Shown: one piece after another, positions 1 to 13,330 of the stretch
Layout of the letters: each line of letters begins with the position of its first letter
Position numbering within the stretch: position 1 is the stretch's first letter
From: Octopus vulgaris
Lineage: Eukaryota
NCBI GenBank assembly: GCA_951406725.2
Contig: OX597818.1
Coordinates: 142,786,001-142,850,000 of the forward strand
DNA: 64,000 nt
Reading direction: 5' to 3'
Program-made: the position numbers and the translations under genes
Notes under the pieces: model-generated
What the model was told of the DNA's origin: nothing
The model's database searches: none
The model's input: only the letters and a program-made list of their open reading frames with translations

Positions 1-1418
1 TATTCTTAGTGAAAAAAGTCTTTTTGCCCAGCCTGACTTGTCTGAAGAAGCAGTTGTATGTTGTGGAAATTCCAAAGTACCAAGCCACTAGACTGGCCTA
101 ATTAACTTTGAGTGTGTGTGTGCACGTGCACACACTTGCACATATGTGTAAATGTTTTTATTTCTGCTACTTCGCATGAGACCATCTGAACAAGAAATGA
201 TGTCGTGCTCACATTCTCTGTGAACAATATATTCTGTAGCTCCATACTTTTTTGAGTCAAGTGGAATAAAAATAAATCTTTAACTCAAAAGACAGGTTGA
301 CGGAAAGAAGAGCATGCAACCATGAAATAATACCGCTAATAAGTATCTCTCTAACCAATTCCAGTATGGAGAAATGAAGATAAAAATCAATAAATGATTA
401 GATAAGCCATCTTTGACATATATCTTCATGCTTTTTTTTTTTATGGGATCATAATTCTGCAATACAGCATTCTTGTTCAGTTTGATTCTGAGAACCCCAA
501 CATTTTGAAATAGGTGAGTCTTCCTAAGTCTTCATTGTTGTATTAATCCTACTGTTCTAAGCATGTTTCTCTGTAAACGGAAATTGGGAAGCTTGGAAAT
601 CTCTGCCTCATTTGGATTAAAGGGTTAAGTAAAGTAATGTGCTGATACAGACCCACCAAGTAGTACCTTGGGCAAGTGTCTTCTACTAAAGCCTCAGGTC
701 AACATAAGCCTGGAGACTGGGTTCGTAGACAGAAACTAAAGGAAGTCGAATGTGAGTGTGTGTGAATCTTTTTTCTTGACACCATATGACAGTTATAAAA
801 AACATCACTGTTATTCAAGTGGTGTCCTTGTTTCCAAAGTTCCATCCCATCAAAATATGTCTAACCATAAGAAAATACTAATTTGCTAGGAGACAAGTGG
901 TTTGTTAAAATTTCATCTCGTTAAGCTAATGGACTCCCGGTCACCTATATGCACGTGTAGTCTGCTCATTGTTTGTTGATCAAATTCCAGCTTTTTATGT
1001 AGGTTGCTTAGAGAACCATTTGAATAAGGGTAAACCTCACTGCATGTGTGCATATGTGTATGTATGTATATATATATATATATATATATCATCATCATCA
1101 TTATCATCATCATCATTTAACATCCGCTTTCCATGCTAGCATGGGTTGGACGGTTCAACTGGGGTCTGGGGAGCCCGAAGGCTGCACCAGGCCAGTCAGA
1201 TCTGGCAGTGTTTCTACAGCTGGATGCCCTTCCTAATGCCAACCACTCCGAGAGTGTAGTGGGTGATTTTATGTGCCACCGACACAGGTGCCAGACGAGG
1301 CTGGCGAACGGCCACGCTCGGATGGTGTTTTTATGTGCCACCGACATATATATATATGCTAGCATGGAAAACAGACGCTAAACGATGATGATGATGATGA
1401 TGATGATATATATATAAT

Positions 1419-1705
1419 GTGGAGGCGCAATGGCCTAGTGGTTAGGGCACGGGACTCGCGGTCGCAGGATCGCGGTTTCGATTCCCAGACCGGGCGTTGT
1501 GAGTGTTTATTGAGCGAAAACACCTAAAAGCTCCACGAGGCTCCGGCAGGGGGTGGTGATCCCTGCTGTACTCTTTCACCACTCTTTCTTCTGTTGGCCT
1601 GCTCGCTTAGCCAGCGGGGTGGCGTCATTCGAAGGCTAAAACAATGCGAACGCATTGTGACCAGCGATGTGTAACAACATCTGATGGTCTGGTCGGTCAC
1701 GTGAT
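1419..1705 (+). mobile_element. tRNA-derived SINE, family C
   Basis: A box TGGCCTAGTGG, B box GGTTTCGATTCC. A near-identical inverted copy lies at 47843-48121. Confidence 0.8.
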
Positions 1706-1735
1706 GATGATGATGATATATATATATATATATAT

Positions 1736-1776
<41 letters not shown>

Positions 1777-2332
1777 ATCATCTTCCCCATCATTTAGTAT
1801 TCATTTTCCCTGCTGGTATGGGTCAGACAGTTTGACTGGAGCTGGTAATCCAGAAAACTACATCAGGCTCCACATTCTGTTTTGGCTTGGTTTCTACAGC
1901 TAAATGCCCTTCCTAATGCCATTCACTTTACTGAGTGTACTGGATCTCTTCTACATGTCACCAGCACAGGTGCCCCTTTTATGTGTCACTGGCATGGGTG
2001 CCTTTTGCATGTGACACCCTCATAACCTAGCAGTTCAGCAAAAGAAACAGACAGAATAAGCACCAGGTTTCAAAAAAGAAAGCACTGGGGTTGATTCATT
2101 CGACTAAAAATTCAAGGCAGTGTCCCAGCATGGCTGCAGTCCAATGACTGAAACAAGTAAAAGGTAAAAAAAAATATATATCAACCACATGGTTCTGAGT
2201 TCAGTCCCACTGCATGGTGCCTTGGGCAAATGTCTTCTACTATAGCCTTGGGCCAACCAAAGCCTTGTAAGTGGATTTGGTAGAGGGAAACTGAAAGAAA
2301 CCTGTCATATATATATATAAATATAAAATATT

Positions 2333-2563
2333 AGGCGATGAGCTGGTAGAAACGTTAGCACGCCGGGCGAAATTCGTAGCAGTATTTTGTCTGTCGTTAC
2401 GTTCCGAGTTCAAATTCCGCCGAGGTCGACTTTGCCTTTCATCCTTTCGGGGTCGATAAATTAAGTACCAGTTACGCACTGGGGTCGATGTAATCGACTT
2501 AATCCCTTTGTCTGTCCTTGTTTGTCCCCTCTATGTTTAGCCCCTTGTGGGTAGTAAAGAAAT
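2333..2563 (+). mobile_element. tRNA-derived SINE, family B, with Nin/Deu-like central domain
   Basis: B box GAGTTCAAATT and central GCCTTTCATCCTTTCGGGGTCGATAAATTAAGTACCAG. Other copies at 20663-21005 (-, tandem pair), 46096-46327 (-), 52529-52743 (+, ~14-bp TSD ACATGTGACTGGGC). Confidence 0.8.
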
Positions 2564-3914
2564 ATATATAAATATAAACATGTATTTGTCTCTGTGTGTG
2601 TGCTTGTATTTGTCCCCCTCAACATTGCTTGACAACTGATGCTGGTGCGGTTATGTCTCTGTAACTTAGCTGTTCAGCAAAAGGGACCGAAAGAATAAAT
2701 CCTGGGGTCAATTTGCTCAACTAAAGGCAGTGCTCCAGCATGGCCACAGTCAAATGACTGAAACGAGTAAAAGAGAATATATACGTTGACCAACTAGCCT
2801 ATTTATACTGTCATATGTGTTGGTGCAATTTCCAAATATCTTAACATTATAATCAGCTTTACCTCAAGATTTTAATTAAAAATAAGAATTTAAATAGTTA
2901 ACAACAGATCAGCTGAAAGAATCTGAAAGACTGCATCAAAATGGATACTTTAGAGACACCAAAACATACAACCCGAAAATGATCTTGTACATCAAATCTC
3001 TGTACATATTTGGAATGGTGCCAAGTATTGTTATGCAGAACTGTTCCAGCCAATAAAAAGAAGAAAAGAAAAAGATGTGGAAGAACATGCTTTACAGTAA
3101 AGATGTTGGTGGTGGTGATGGTGGAGGTGGAGATGGTGCTGACAGCGAAGGTGATTGTGGTTAGACTGGAAATAATTGTAAGAAGAGATGGCAATAAAAA
3201 GTAACAGCAAATATGATGATTTTGATAGTGGTAGTAGCACCCTTTGGTGTTAAATTCCTGTTGCACAAAACAGGTTATAACTGGACTGTACTTCACCACC
3301 ACCACCACCACCACCACCATCATCATCATTTTAATGTCTACTTCTCTATGGTAGCATGAATAGGATGGAATTTGTTGAGGTGGATTTTCTGCAGTTGGAT
3401 GCCTTTCCTGACACCAACCTTCACCTGTTTTTTCAAGTAAGGTAGAATTTCTCCATGATCAGACATGTTTTTACAGAAGACTGAAAATGAAGGACATCGT
3501 TTGCATGATAGTGACACTTATTTACAACTATCCAGCTATGTCAAGGTATATATATATATATGGTGTCATGCAACTGGCACATAAAAGTACCCATTACACT
3601 CTCAGATTGGTTGGCGTTAGGAAGGGCATCCAGCTGTATAAATCATGCCAAATCAGACTGGAGTCTGCCACAGCCCCTCAGTTTACCAGCATTGGTCAAA
3701 CTGTCCAACCCATGCCAGCATGGACAACAGACATTAAAAGATGATGATGATGGGCTTCTTTCAGTTTCCAACTACCAAATCCACTCAGAAGGCTTTGGTC
3801 AGCCCAGGGCTATAGTAGAAGACACTTGCCCAAGTGCCATGCAGTGGGACTGAACCTGAAACCATATGGTTGGCAAGCAAACTTCTTATCACACAGCCAT
3901 TACTACCGAGCAAA

Positions 3915-5176
3915 TTAGGTTGTCTCATGAAATGTATTTTAAATGGATTTCTTATGAGTTATTATCTATAAATGGACTTTTAATGAGTTTCTATGTATAT
4001 GCTTGTGTTTACTCTTAACTCCTTTTTTTCTAGACAATTCTTTTATTCAGAATTGCTGCCCACAGCACTTATGACAATGTTGACAACTGAACAATACCGA
4101 GTGATTTTCTTGTACGAATACAAGTTGGGTCACTCTGCCACCGAAGCTCTACAAAACATCAAGCAAGCTTTTGGTAATGATTCTGTTGACATTAGAACTG
4201 TTCAGAGGTGGTTCCAAAGATTTCATTCAGGAAATGAAAGCCTTAAAACTGAATCAAGAGGAAGACCAAAATAAGTTATTCGGCATGATGAATTGAATGT
4301 TTTGGTTAAACGAAATCCGAGAACAACAGTCCCAAAAATCGGATCAGAACTCCAGAGACCTTCTGCAACTGCTTCTCGACACCTGAAGAAAATTGGAGAA
4401 GCCAAGAAGATGGATAGGTTTGTTCCCCATCAACTTAATGGGATTCAAAGAAACAGATGCCTTTCAATGTGTTCCATATTGATTTCTTGGTTGGAAAGAA
4501 AACCATTTTTGTATCGACTCATTACGTGTGATGAGAAATGGATACTCTTTGATAACAGGAAGAGGACAGGACAGTGGTTAGATGCAGGAGAGTCACCAAA
4601 ACACTACCTAAAACTACCATTGCACCCTAAAAAGTTGAAGGTCACTTTATGGTGGTCAACAAAGGGGGTTATTCAGTATTCATTTTTGCAACAAGGAAAA
4701 ACTGTAACAACATCCTATTGTCAGGAAATTGGTTGCATGCATGAAAAATTAATAAAGAAGAAACCCAGATTAATGTCTAGAGATGACCCAATTTTGCTTC
4801 ATGATAATACACAGCCTCACACTTCTCAAGCTACGGTCCACAAGTTGCAAAGCCTGAATTATGAAATTTTGGCACATCCTCCTTATTCTCCTCATACCTC
4901 TCCTACTGATTATCTCATATTTAAACACTTCGAGCTTGCTATACGTAATAAAACATTCTTAAATAAAGAAGAGGTAATTGAAACATTCGAACAGTTTATC
5001 AGTGTAAAAGAGGACAAATTCTTTGAAGATGGAATATATGCCTTAGAGGAATGTTGGATGAAGGTCATAAATGAACAAGGATCATATTTTGATTAAAAAA
5101 ATAAATATCCTGAAATTTAAAAAATATATTTAATGTTTCCTTTTTCAAATGCGACATTTCATGTGAGACAACCTAA
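3915..5176 (+). mobile_element. Full-length mariner (Tc1/mariner, DD34D) in PAXIP1 intron 2
   Basis: TIRs TTAGGTTGTCTCA(CA)TGAAATGT at both ends, TA at the right flank (AA at the left), length 1262 bp. Confidence 0.93.
4071..5096 (+). pseudogene. Mariner transposase with one in-frame stop (TAA 4272-4274)
   Basis: HTH region VQRWFQRF..RGRP, FVPHQL (WVPHEL-like), TCDEKW, HDN-x-YSPHTSPTD with 34 residues between the 2nd and 3rd catalytic Asp. Confidence 0.9.
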
Positions 5177-5346
5177 TATTTAATTCTCAAGGCGTTGATC
5201 AACATGAAACTATGAATGGTAGCAGACACTTGCTGTACATTGAGACCAAATACAGTCAGACATTCTTAATTTAAAGAAACAAATATCTCAACACTCACTA
5301 TACATTTATGGTAAATTAATAACAGAACAAATGAAAGCTTGCTTAC

Positions 5347-5484
5347 AGTGACAACAGGTAATTCAAACAATTCTCTCGCTTCTGAATATTCATCATTGTC
5401 AACATCATCAGCAATGACATGGCTAACCATCTCACTGAGATACGTATCCTTTTTGGCACCACCAGCATTCAGAATTCTTTGAAC
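5347..5484 (-). CDS. PAXIP1: PAXIP1/PTIP coding exon 2 (BRCT1)
   Basis: TTTCAG acceptor, 46 codons VQRILNAGGAKKDTYLSEMVSHVIADDVDNDEYSEARELFELPVVT, GTAAGC donor, phase 0 with exon 1. Matches PTIP [45 protein letters not shown]. Further exons were not identified in the window. Confidence 0.87.
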
Positions 5485-6728
5485 CTGAAAATATGGAAAA
5501 ATTAAATTTAAATAATCACACAGGGGCCAAACAGAAACATTCTGGAATCATAGAATATCTTTAAAAAAATCCTGAAGTATGATAATAACAAATTTTTACC
5601 CAGCCCACCAGTTATTTGTTAATCACATTTTTTTTTATATCAGTGGACATAAAAATTTGTGGGTGCCGGTGCCAAGTAAAAAGCACCAAGTACATTCTAT
5701 GAAGTGGTTGGCATTAGGAAGGGCATCCAACTGGAGAAATAAACCAAAACAGACTATGGAACTTGGAGCAGCCAGTTCCTGTCAAGCCACCTAACCCATG
5801 CCAGCATGGAAAACTAATGTTAAATGTTGATGATGATGATGATGTGGTTGATAGTGAATACTTGTTACCACTGCTACCAATGATGTGCAAATATGCAGAA
5901 ATCCTGGGACCTGGCAATTCCACCACTACTGTTTGACACTTTTCATTGGCTACATTTCCTTCATATTACATTCTACACAAGATGCTTTCTTAAAACAAAT
6001 ATTGCCATATTGTGGCTTTCTTATTATATATCCATGTTAAGTAGGATATATAGATTGCTGTTTGGAACAAAGACTGCTTCTATCACTTATAATGAATAAA
6101 ATATGGTGTTTTATTTTTTGCACAACATGCTATAAAAAGGTAATTAAGTCAGTTTAATTAATCTTAGTAATCACAGGCTTTATTAACACAACTTGCATGG
6201 TACCCTCGAATATCTACAAAAATCCAAGAAGGCAGCATGCGTAAAAACAAAAGAAAGAGTAAGAAGTGAACAAAATTATATTTATTAGTACTTTTCTTCA
6301 TGACTGCAGGCTATTGTTAGTGTTTTGGATTAGATATGTGTTTAATGTCTAGATTTCATTCATTCATTCGTTCATACATACATATAGTTGAAAAAAGATT
6401 AAGAGACCTATACAAATCAAATTTTTATATATAAAAGATGGAGGTGGAAATAATAGAGAAGTAAATCTAAGACATTTCAATTTAAGAGGGAATTTAATTA
6501 AAAATTATATAAACAAAATATTACCGGTTTCGATGTATCCCCTCTTATCAAATATACTCTTTTTTATTCTTTTAGACATTTCAGTCATTTGAAAGCAGCT
6601 ATGCTGGGGCACCGCCTTTACTCAAAGAAATTAACCCTAAGACTTATACTTTCCAAGCCTAGTACTTATTCCATTGGCCTCTTTTGCCAAACCGCTAAGT
6701 TTCAGGGACATAAACACAGACACAAAGG

Positions 6729-8495
6729 CATCATCATCATCGTTTAACGTCCGCTTTCCATGCTAGCGTGGATTGGATGATTTGACTGAGGTCTGGTGAA
6801 CCAGATGGCTGCACCAGACTCCAGTCTGATCTGGCAGGGTTGCTACAGCTGGATGCCCTTCCTAACGCCAACCACTCCGAGAGTGTAGTGGGTGCTTTTA
6901 CGTGCTACCGGCACGAGGGTCAGTTAGGTGGTACTGGCAATGGCCACACTCATATGGTGCCTTTTATGTGCCACCTGCACAGGAGCCAGTCCAGCAGCAC
7001 TGGTAACAACCTCGCTCGAATGTTTTCTTTCACATGCCACCAGCACAAGTGCTAGTAAGGCAATGCAGGTAACAATCATGCTCGAATGGTGTTTTTAACG
7101 TGCTATCGGCATGGAGGCCAGCTTGTTGCTCTGGCAATGATCTCACCTGTATGGTACTCTTAGCACTCCACTAGCAACGGATGCCAGTCACCGAGTTTGA
7201 TTTCAATTTCACTTGCCTCAACAGGTCTTCGCAATCGAGTTTGATTTTGATTTCACTTGCCTCAACAGGTCTTCGCAAGCATAGTTTAGTGTCCAATGAA
7301 GGAAAGGCATGCATAAGTGGACTGGTTACACCCCTGGCATAGGCCACAAGGTTATGGTCTCACTTGCACTTGCTGAGAAGGTTATGGTCTCACTTGCGCT
7401 TGTCAAGTCTTCTGAAGCACAGCATATTTCCAGAGGTCCCAGTCACTAGTCATTGCCTCGGTGAGGCCCAATGTTTGAAGGTCATGCTTCACCACCTCAT
7501 CCCAGGTCTTCCTGGGTCTACCTCTTCCACAGGTTCCCTCAACCACTACGGTGTTGCACCTTTTCACACAGCTATCCTCATCCATTCTCGCCACATCACC
7601 ATACCAGCGCAGTCATCTCTCTTGCACACCACATCTGATGCTTCTTAGGTACAACCTTTCTCTCAAGGCACTAACATTCTGTGAAGTATGCACACTGACA
7701 TTACACATCCATCAGAGCATGCTGGCTTCATTCCTTGAGAGCTTATGCATGTCCTCAGCAGTCACAGCCCATGTTTCACTGCTGTTCGTACACATGCGTC
7801 GTACAGTCTACCTTTTACTCTGAGCAAGAGGCCCTTTGTCACCAGCAGAGCTAAGAGCTCTCTGAACATAGCCCAGGCTATTCTTATTCTAGCGCAACCT
7901 CCCTCGCTACTGACTTGGTCACCTAGGTAACAGAATCTATCAACTACTTCTAGTTTTTCTACCTGGAATGTGGCGGAAGTTGTTCTCTGCACATTTTCAG
8001 TGTTATTTATAGCTCCCGAGCATCTGCCACATACAAAAACTATCTTCCCTGTTAGCCTCCCTTTGATATTACTGCACCTCTTATGTGTCCATAGCTTAAA
8101 CTGGGTACATCTTACAGAGTTTCTACCTACGCCTTTTCTACAGATCGAGCAGGGCCATCTACCTGAAGGGATTTGTGGTTTGCCTGCCTTCCTACTGATT
8201 AAATCCTTGTTTCGACACTTGAAACTTCTCCTCTAGTTCTGATAGTGACTCAGCAATTAGAGCTAGGTCATCAGCATATAGAAGCTCCCAGGGGCATCTT
8301 GTCTTGAATTCCTCCGTTATTGCCTGGAGGACTATGATAAATAGGAGGGAGCTGAGGACTGAACCTTGGTGGACCCCTACCTCTACCCAGAATTTTTCAC
8401 TGTACTCGTTGCCAACCTTCACCTTACTGACAGCGTCCCTGTACATGGCTTGCATGGCTCTCACTAACCATTCATCTATCCCTAGTTTCCTCATT
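6729..8495 (-). mobile_element. 5'-truncated RTE-clade LINE (RT C-terminal half, PHD-like finger, repeat-bearing 3' UTR, (GAT)n tail), nested in a SINE
   Basis: GVHQGSVLS..LLYADDLAL, FCYLGD..ARIRIAW, CGRGRPRKTWDEVVKHDL. Flanked by the two halves of a family-A SINE (6557-6728 and 8497-8672). Confidence 0.88.
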
Positions 8496-9330
8496 GGACA
8501 CACACACATAAATGTAAGAACATATACATGAGGGGCTCCTTTCAGTTTGCGTCTACCAAATCCACTCACAAGGCTTTGGTCGGCCTGAGGCTATAGTAGA
8601 AGACACTCGCCCAAGATGCCATGCAGTGGGACTGAACCTGGAACCATGTGGTTGGGAAGCAAGCTTCTTACCCTTTGACCCCCAGATAGAAGACAAACTG
8701 TTTTTACTTAGAATTTAGATAATTTTTTACTGATATTTAGTAAGATGGGACACATTGAAACTGGAAATATTTTCTTTACATAATTTTTAATTAAATTCTC
8801 TCTTAAATTGAAATGTCTTAGACTTACTCCTGTGCTATTTCCACCTCCATCTTTTATATATATATAAAGAAAAAGAAAGTATTTCAAACAATCTACACAC
8901 ATATATATATATATATACATGTGTGTGTGTGTGGTAAACAGTAGAATCCCAGGAAATTAATGAGTCTGCATCAGCAAAGCATTCAAACAGTGGAATATTA
9001 CATTGTGACGATCACCACGACCACCACATACATTGTAGGAACTGAACCAAAACCAATATTCATGAAATACAAGTTTTCACGGGGTCACTCGACCTGTTAT
9101 AAATAGCAGCTAAATCTCCTATAAATCCCAATTTACTTTCTTAAAAAAGTGAGGGGACATTTTTTAAAATTATTTGTCTCAGTCTTGAAGTGGCTTCCAG
9201 CCATGGCCTTCACAAACCCTCACAATTTTAACAGCTGGAATATCTTTCGATCACAGACCTGTTCCATCAAAGCTGAACTGGGGGCAAAACAACAAATTTG
9301 GGATACAAAAGTAAAAATAAAGTGAAGCAT

Positions 9331-9740
9331 AGGCGCAGGAGTGGCTGTGTGGTAAGTAGCTTGCTAACCAACCACATGGTTCCGGGTTCAGTCCCACTGC
9401 ATGGCATCTTGGGCAAGTGTCTTCTACTATAGCCTCGGGCCGACCAAAGCCTTGTGAGTGGATTTGGTAGACGGAAACTGAAAGAAGCCTGTCGTATATA
9501 TGTATATATATATGTGTATATGTGTGTATATGTTTGTGTGTCTGTGTTTGTCCCTCTAGCATTACTTGACAACAGATGCTGGTGTGTTTATGTCCCCGTC
9601 ACTTAGCAGTTCGGCAAAAGAGACAGATAGAATAAGTACTGGGCTTACAAAGAATAAGTCCCGGGGTCGATTTGCTCGATTAAAGGCAGTGCTCCAGCAT
9701 GGCCGCAGTCAAATGACTGAAACAAGTAAAAGAGTAAAGA
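9331..9740 (+). mobile_element. tRNA-derived SINE, family A (CORE-like CCTTGGGCAAGT, central microsatellite)
   Basis: Head GGCGCAGGAGTGGCTGTGTGG..GGTTCAGTCCC, tail ..CAGTCAAATGACTGAAACAAGTAAAAGAG. Other copies at ~16878-17288 (-), 46870-47213 (-), 50603-51119 (+), 2182-2775 (+). Confidence 0.82.
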
Positions 9741-9973
9741 GATAGTCTTGAAGTGGCTTCCAGCCATGGCCTTCACAAACCTTCACAATTTTAACAGTTG
9801 GAATGTCTTTCGATCACAGACCTGTTCCATCAAAGCTGAAGCGGGGCAAAACAACAAATTTGGGATACAAAAGTAAAAATAAAGTGAAGGATAATGATAA
9901 TGATGTTGATCTGCAATGGTTATATAAAATAAGAAACACACCATGATGAATTGTGAAGTAGAGTATGAACATA

Positions 9974-10373
9974 TCTTTATATATAAAAGTGAGGTTGTGT
10001 GCTGTCTGTCTCCTACGATTTAGATTCCTAACTACTCCCACATTTTGCGGTGCAGTTTAACCAAAACCGGGTATCTTATAGTCGTGATTCATATCGAGCC
10101 CTTCTGGGTATTAGCGCGTGTCTACGATGAGTCTACGATTTAAAAAAAAATTTAACATCATTTTTTCCCATTTTTAATGCAATTTTTTGCTATTATATAA
10201 GGGAAGTAACTCTCTAAAAATGTATTATTAAATCTCAGAACGTTAAAAGCTACAGTAACGCCCCCCCCTTTGTGGTTAGCCATATTGAGATGGCTATTAT
10301 ACTTTACATCTCTAAAAATGCTTATATAGTTATTTCCCTTACAAACCCGAGCAACGCCGGGCGATACTGCTAG
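9974..10373 (+). mobile_element. Non-autonomous Helitron, subfamily 1
   Basis: A|TC 5' end, subterminal hairpin CCCGAGCAACGCCGGG, CTAG|T 3' end, no TSD. Confidence 0.85.
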
Positions 10374-12269
10374 TAAAGTATAGAATATAAATGAATTATA
10401 CGTTCTGACATCAGGAACAGAGGGACCTAACCCAAGTTCGATATCACCTTCTGGGAACCTTTACAAGGTCGCTAAACCTGCTGGATTTCTAGCAAGTGTA
10501 GCGTTCTCTACATTTGTTGAGAAAGCGAATAACCCGCAACCATATCTGAAACGATGGTCACTGCTGGAGTGCTTTTGATCATATGTCAGCTTGATCAGGA
10601 CTGAACAAGAGGTAAACAAAAAAATATAGGAGACCAAACCGAGGGAATGTCTGCAGGGGTGGTCGAACAGCTAAAAGTAGCAGCCAAATTTCCCTCCAAT
10701 CACAATGTTGTTTAAAAAAAGAATACACACTTTGGACAACGTAGTCCTAGATAAACAAAAACTCAAGATTGTTACGGTTGGAAGGATTTTGATCATTGAT
10801 CCGTTCGATCATGACTGACTCGAGGCTAAACTACAATAACAACAGAAGCTGGTTCTCTCGATATGTTTCAGAACCAAAGCTATAGTTTCGACAACCAACA
10901 TCGCTTTATTCGATAAAAGCTGAGGTGCCCTTTTAAGTTTTTCAAGCAAAACTAAGAGGCAGTGGATCCTCACTTATAATATAAATTGTTGAGTTTATCA
11001 CATTTTTTTGTCAACAATTTTTGATTCAGTTACGAATATATTTTCCAATTATTCAGTGAATCCTACAGAAAAAGTCGAAACATGGTAAGTTGTGAGACTC
11101 GAGACGGAGAGGGGAAGATATCTTCTGATACTGACCGGCCCAAGGATTTCTTAGTTTAACAAAGAAGGCCAGAAAACATAATTGAGTAAATCGATCTTTA
11201 TATATTACAGTTACACATTGTATCGACTCTGGTGTTGGTCTCAGCGAGATTTGATCTCAGAACTACCACAATGTTTTCTTTATGATTTCTAACATTGGTA
11301 CAAGATTACAAATCGTAGAAGGAGGGAATAATCGATGTGATCGGTTCCAATTCGTGACCGATACTTCATGTAATCGCCCCCCTCCTATGAAAGGATAAAA
11401 AGCAAAGTTGACCGCAGTGGGATTTGAACTCTGATTGTAAAGGGAGGTAACTATATACTGGAAGGTATTTTGTCCGACGCTCTACCGTTTCTGCCATCAA
11501 CAATAAATAATGGTTTCGTTTTAGAAATCTTAACTTGGACATTTTTTTTTCACAGACTAACACCGCAATACACTTCTTTCTCAAGCAAACTAATATAATC
11601 AACTTAGGAACCAGTTTATGCAGTTCAAATTCTTAAAATAAATAAATCTATATTCGTATTTTTGCTTTATATCTTTACATAAATCTTAATAAATCCAATA
11701 AATCTTCCTAAATACATTTGTTTTATTTATTTTCATGAAAACTACTTTTAATATTCTTTTTATTATGAAGAAAATATCATCTGTACTTTTATTTTATCCT
11801 TATGTTCTCAGAACAAAATCTACGCACTATATATATATATTTAAGAACCTTTAAGATTCTATGAAATTAAAGAAGCTACATATCAAGATGATAAAAAAAG
11901 GTATCTGTAGAAATATTTCACATGAAAAAAAAATATAGAATCTCCATCCACACTTGACAAGATTCAGCACAAGTGAAGCGTGAATAATTGTCCACATGTA
12001 AAACACATCTCAACATCTTGAACAATATTTCGGGGGTTTACGATTTTCCATAAAGTGACTTATTATATAAATACTGATCGTACAAGATTTTTATTCAAAT
12101 TAAAAACCAGAGAGAAAGATAGTAGGAAATTCTGAAGGAAAGATCTCTTGTAAAATAAGAGACATTTTAGATGGGAAAAACAGGGTTGATTCCAAGAAAT
12201 TTATTGAGATGTCTATTGCTGTCTAACTGCGAAATATTTGATTTCATTAGCTAAGTTACTGAAATAATC

Positions 12270-12442
12270 ATATATATATATATAAATTATATATCTATCA
12301 TATATATATATATACCTCACATATATATACATATGTATATATACATATATAGAGATATAATATAAATATATATACCTCATATATATATATATACATCACA
12401 TATATATAAATATATATATATACATGATATATATATATATAT

Positions 12443-12484
<42 letters not shown>

Positions 12485-12620
12485 CATATATATATATACA
12501 CACATCATATATATATATACACACACATCATATATATATACACACACATCATATATATCATATCATATATACACATCATATATATACATATACATCGTAT
12601 ATATATGTGTGTGTGTCTAG
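12270..12620. repeat. Compound (TA)n/(CA)n microsatellite
   Basis: Directly visible. Confidence 0.95.
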
Positions 12621-13219
12621 ATAGATATCTTCGCCTCAAAGAAATCAGTCAAAATTATATAAGGTATTTCAACAGGGTTGCTGCTGATCACCTCAAAATA
12701 CCCAGCTACAACTTGTATCAGATCATTAAAAAAACCAAGCTTAGATTATTGATAAATCGAAAGTAAACTTTTAACTGCTTTAAAATAAAAATTTCAACTA
12801 AAGGAAGTACAGCTAACATATTAATATATATATATATATACATGGCTTTAGTGACACATCGTTTTAATTTTCATTTTTCTACTCTTTAAAAGCTACAAAT
12901 AAAAAAAATTAATAGTAAGTGCTGTCCTATCGCTCAACCGAAGTATTAATGTCAAAGTAATATAGAATAAAAATCGATAATACAACTTCGGTGGTGAAAT
13001 TAAAGTTAATTCAGTTTGTGGTTGGATTGCAATTATAAATTGATCCCTGACTTTATGGCCACAATTATCTCGCAGCGAGCACCGGCGGTGAATATAAATT
13101 AGTGGAGGGAGGGGGAGGGTAAAAAAAGAGAGCGAAACGACATCAAAGACCAGAACTCTTGTTGATTGCAATACTTATAGGTGATAAAAATGAAAGAATT
13201 GACCAAATACGACTATTAC

Positions 13220-13330
13220 CTCTTCGCTGATGTTGCCGACAATATAATAGGTAACATCCTTAAACAAACGTTCAGGTGGTTCCAAGGCCATAGCGGCTTT
13301 GGAATTATCCTTGTTTGTGTCGACCGTCAT
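13220..13330 (-). CDS. PAXIP1: PAXIP1/PTIP coding exon 1 (start of N-terminal BRCT domain)
   Basis: Reads ATG..MTVDTNKDNSKAAMALEPPERLFKDVTYYIVGNISEE (37 codons), then a GTAATA donor. Resembles the vertebrate PTIP N-terminus (PEEMFREVKYYAVGDIDPQ). Lies in a locally CpG-rich stretch. Confidence 0.85.

Noticed and set aside
1419-1497. tRNA gene
   Set aside because: A and B boxes are present, but the sequence continues into a SINE body repeated at 47843-48121, so it is a SINE head.
2898-3329. 143-aa ORF as a further PAXIP1 exon
   Set aside because: Low-complexity sequence with no similarity to the expected next PTIP segment (W-x3-S-x2-C of BRCT1).
4021-5096. SETMAR-like PAXIP1-transposase fusion
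   Set aside because: The transposase is antisense to PAXIP1 and has an in-frame stop.
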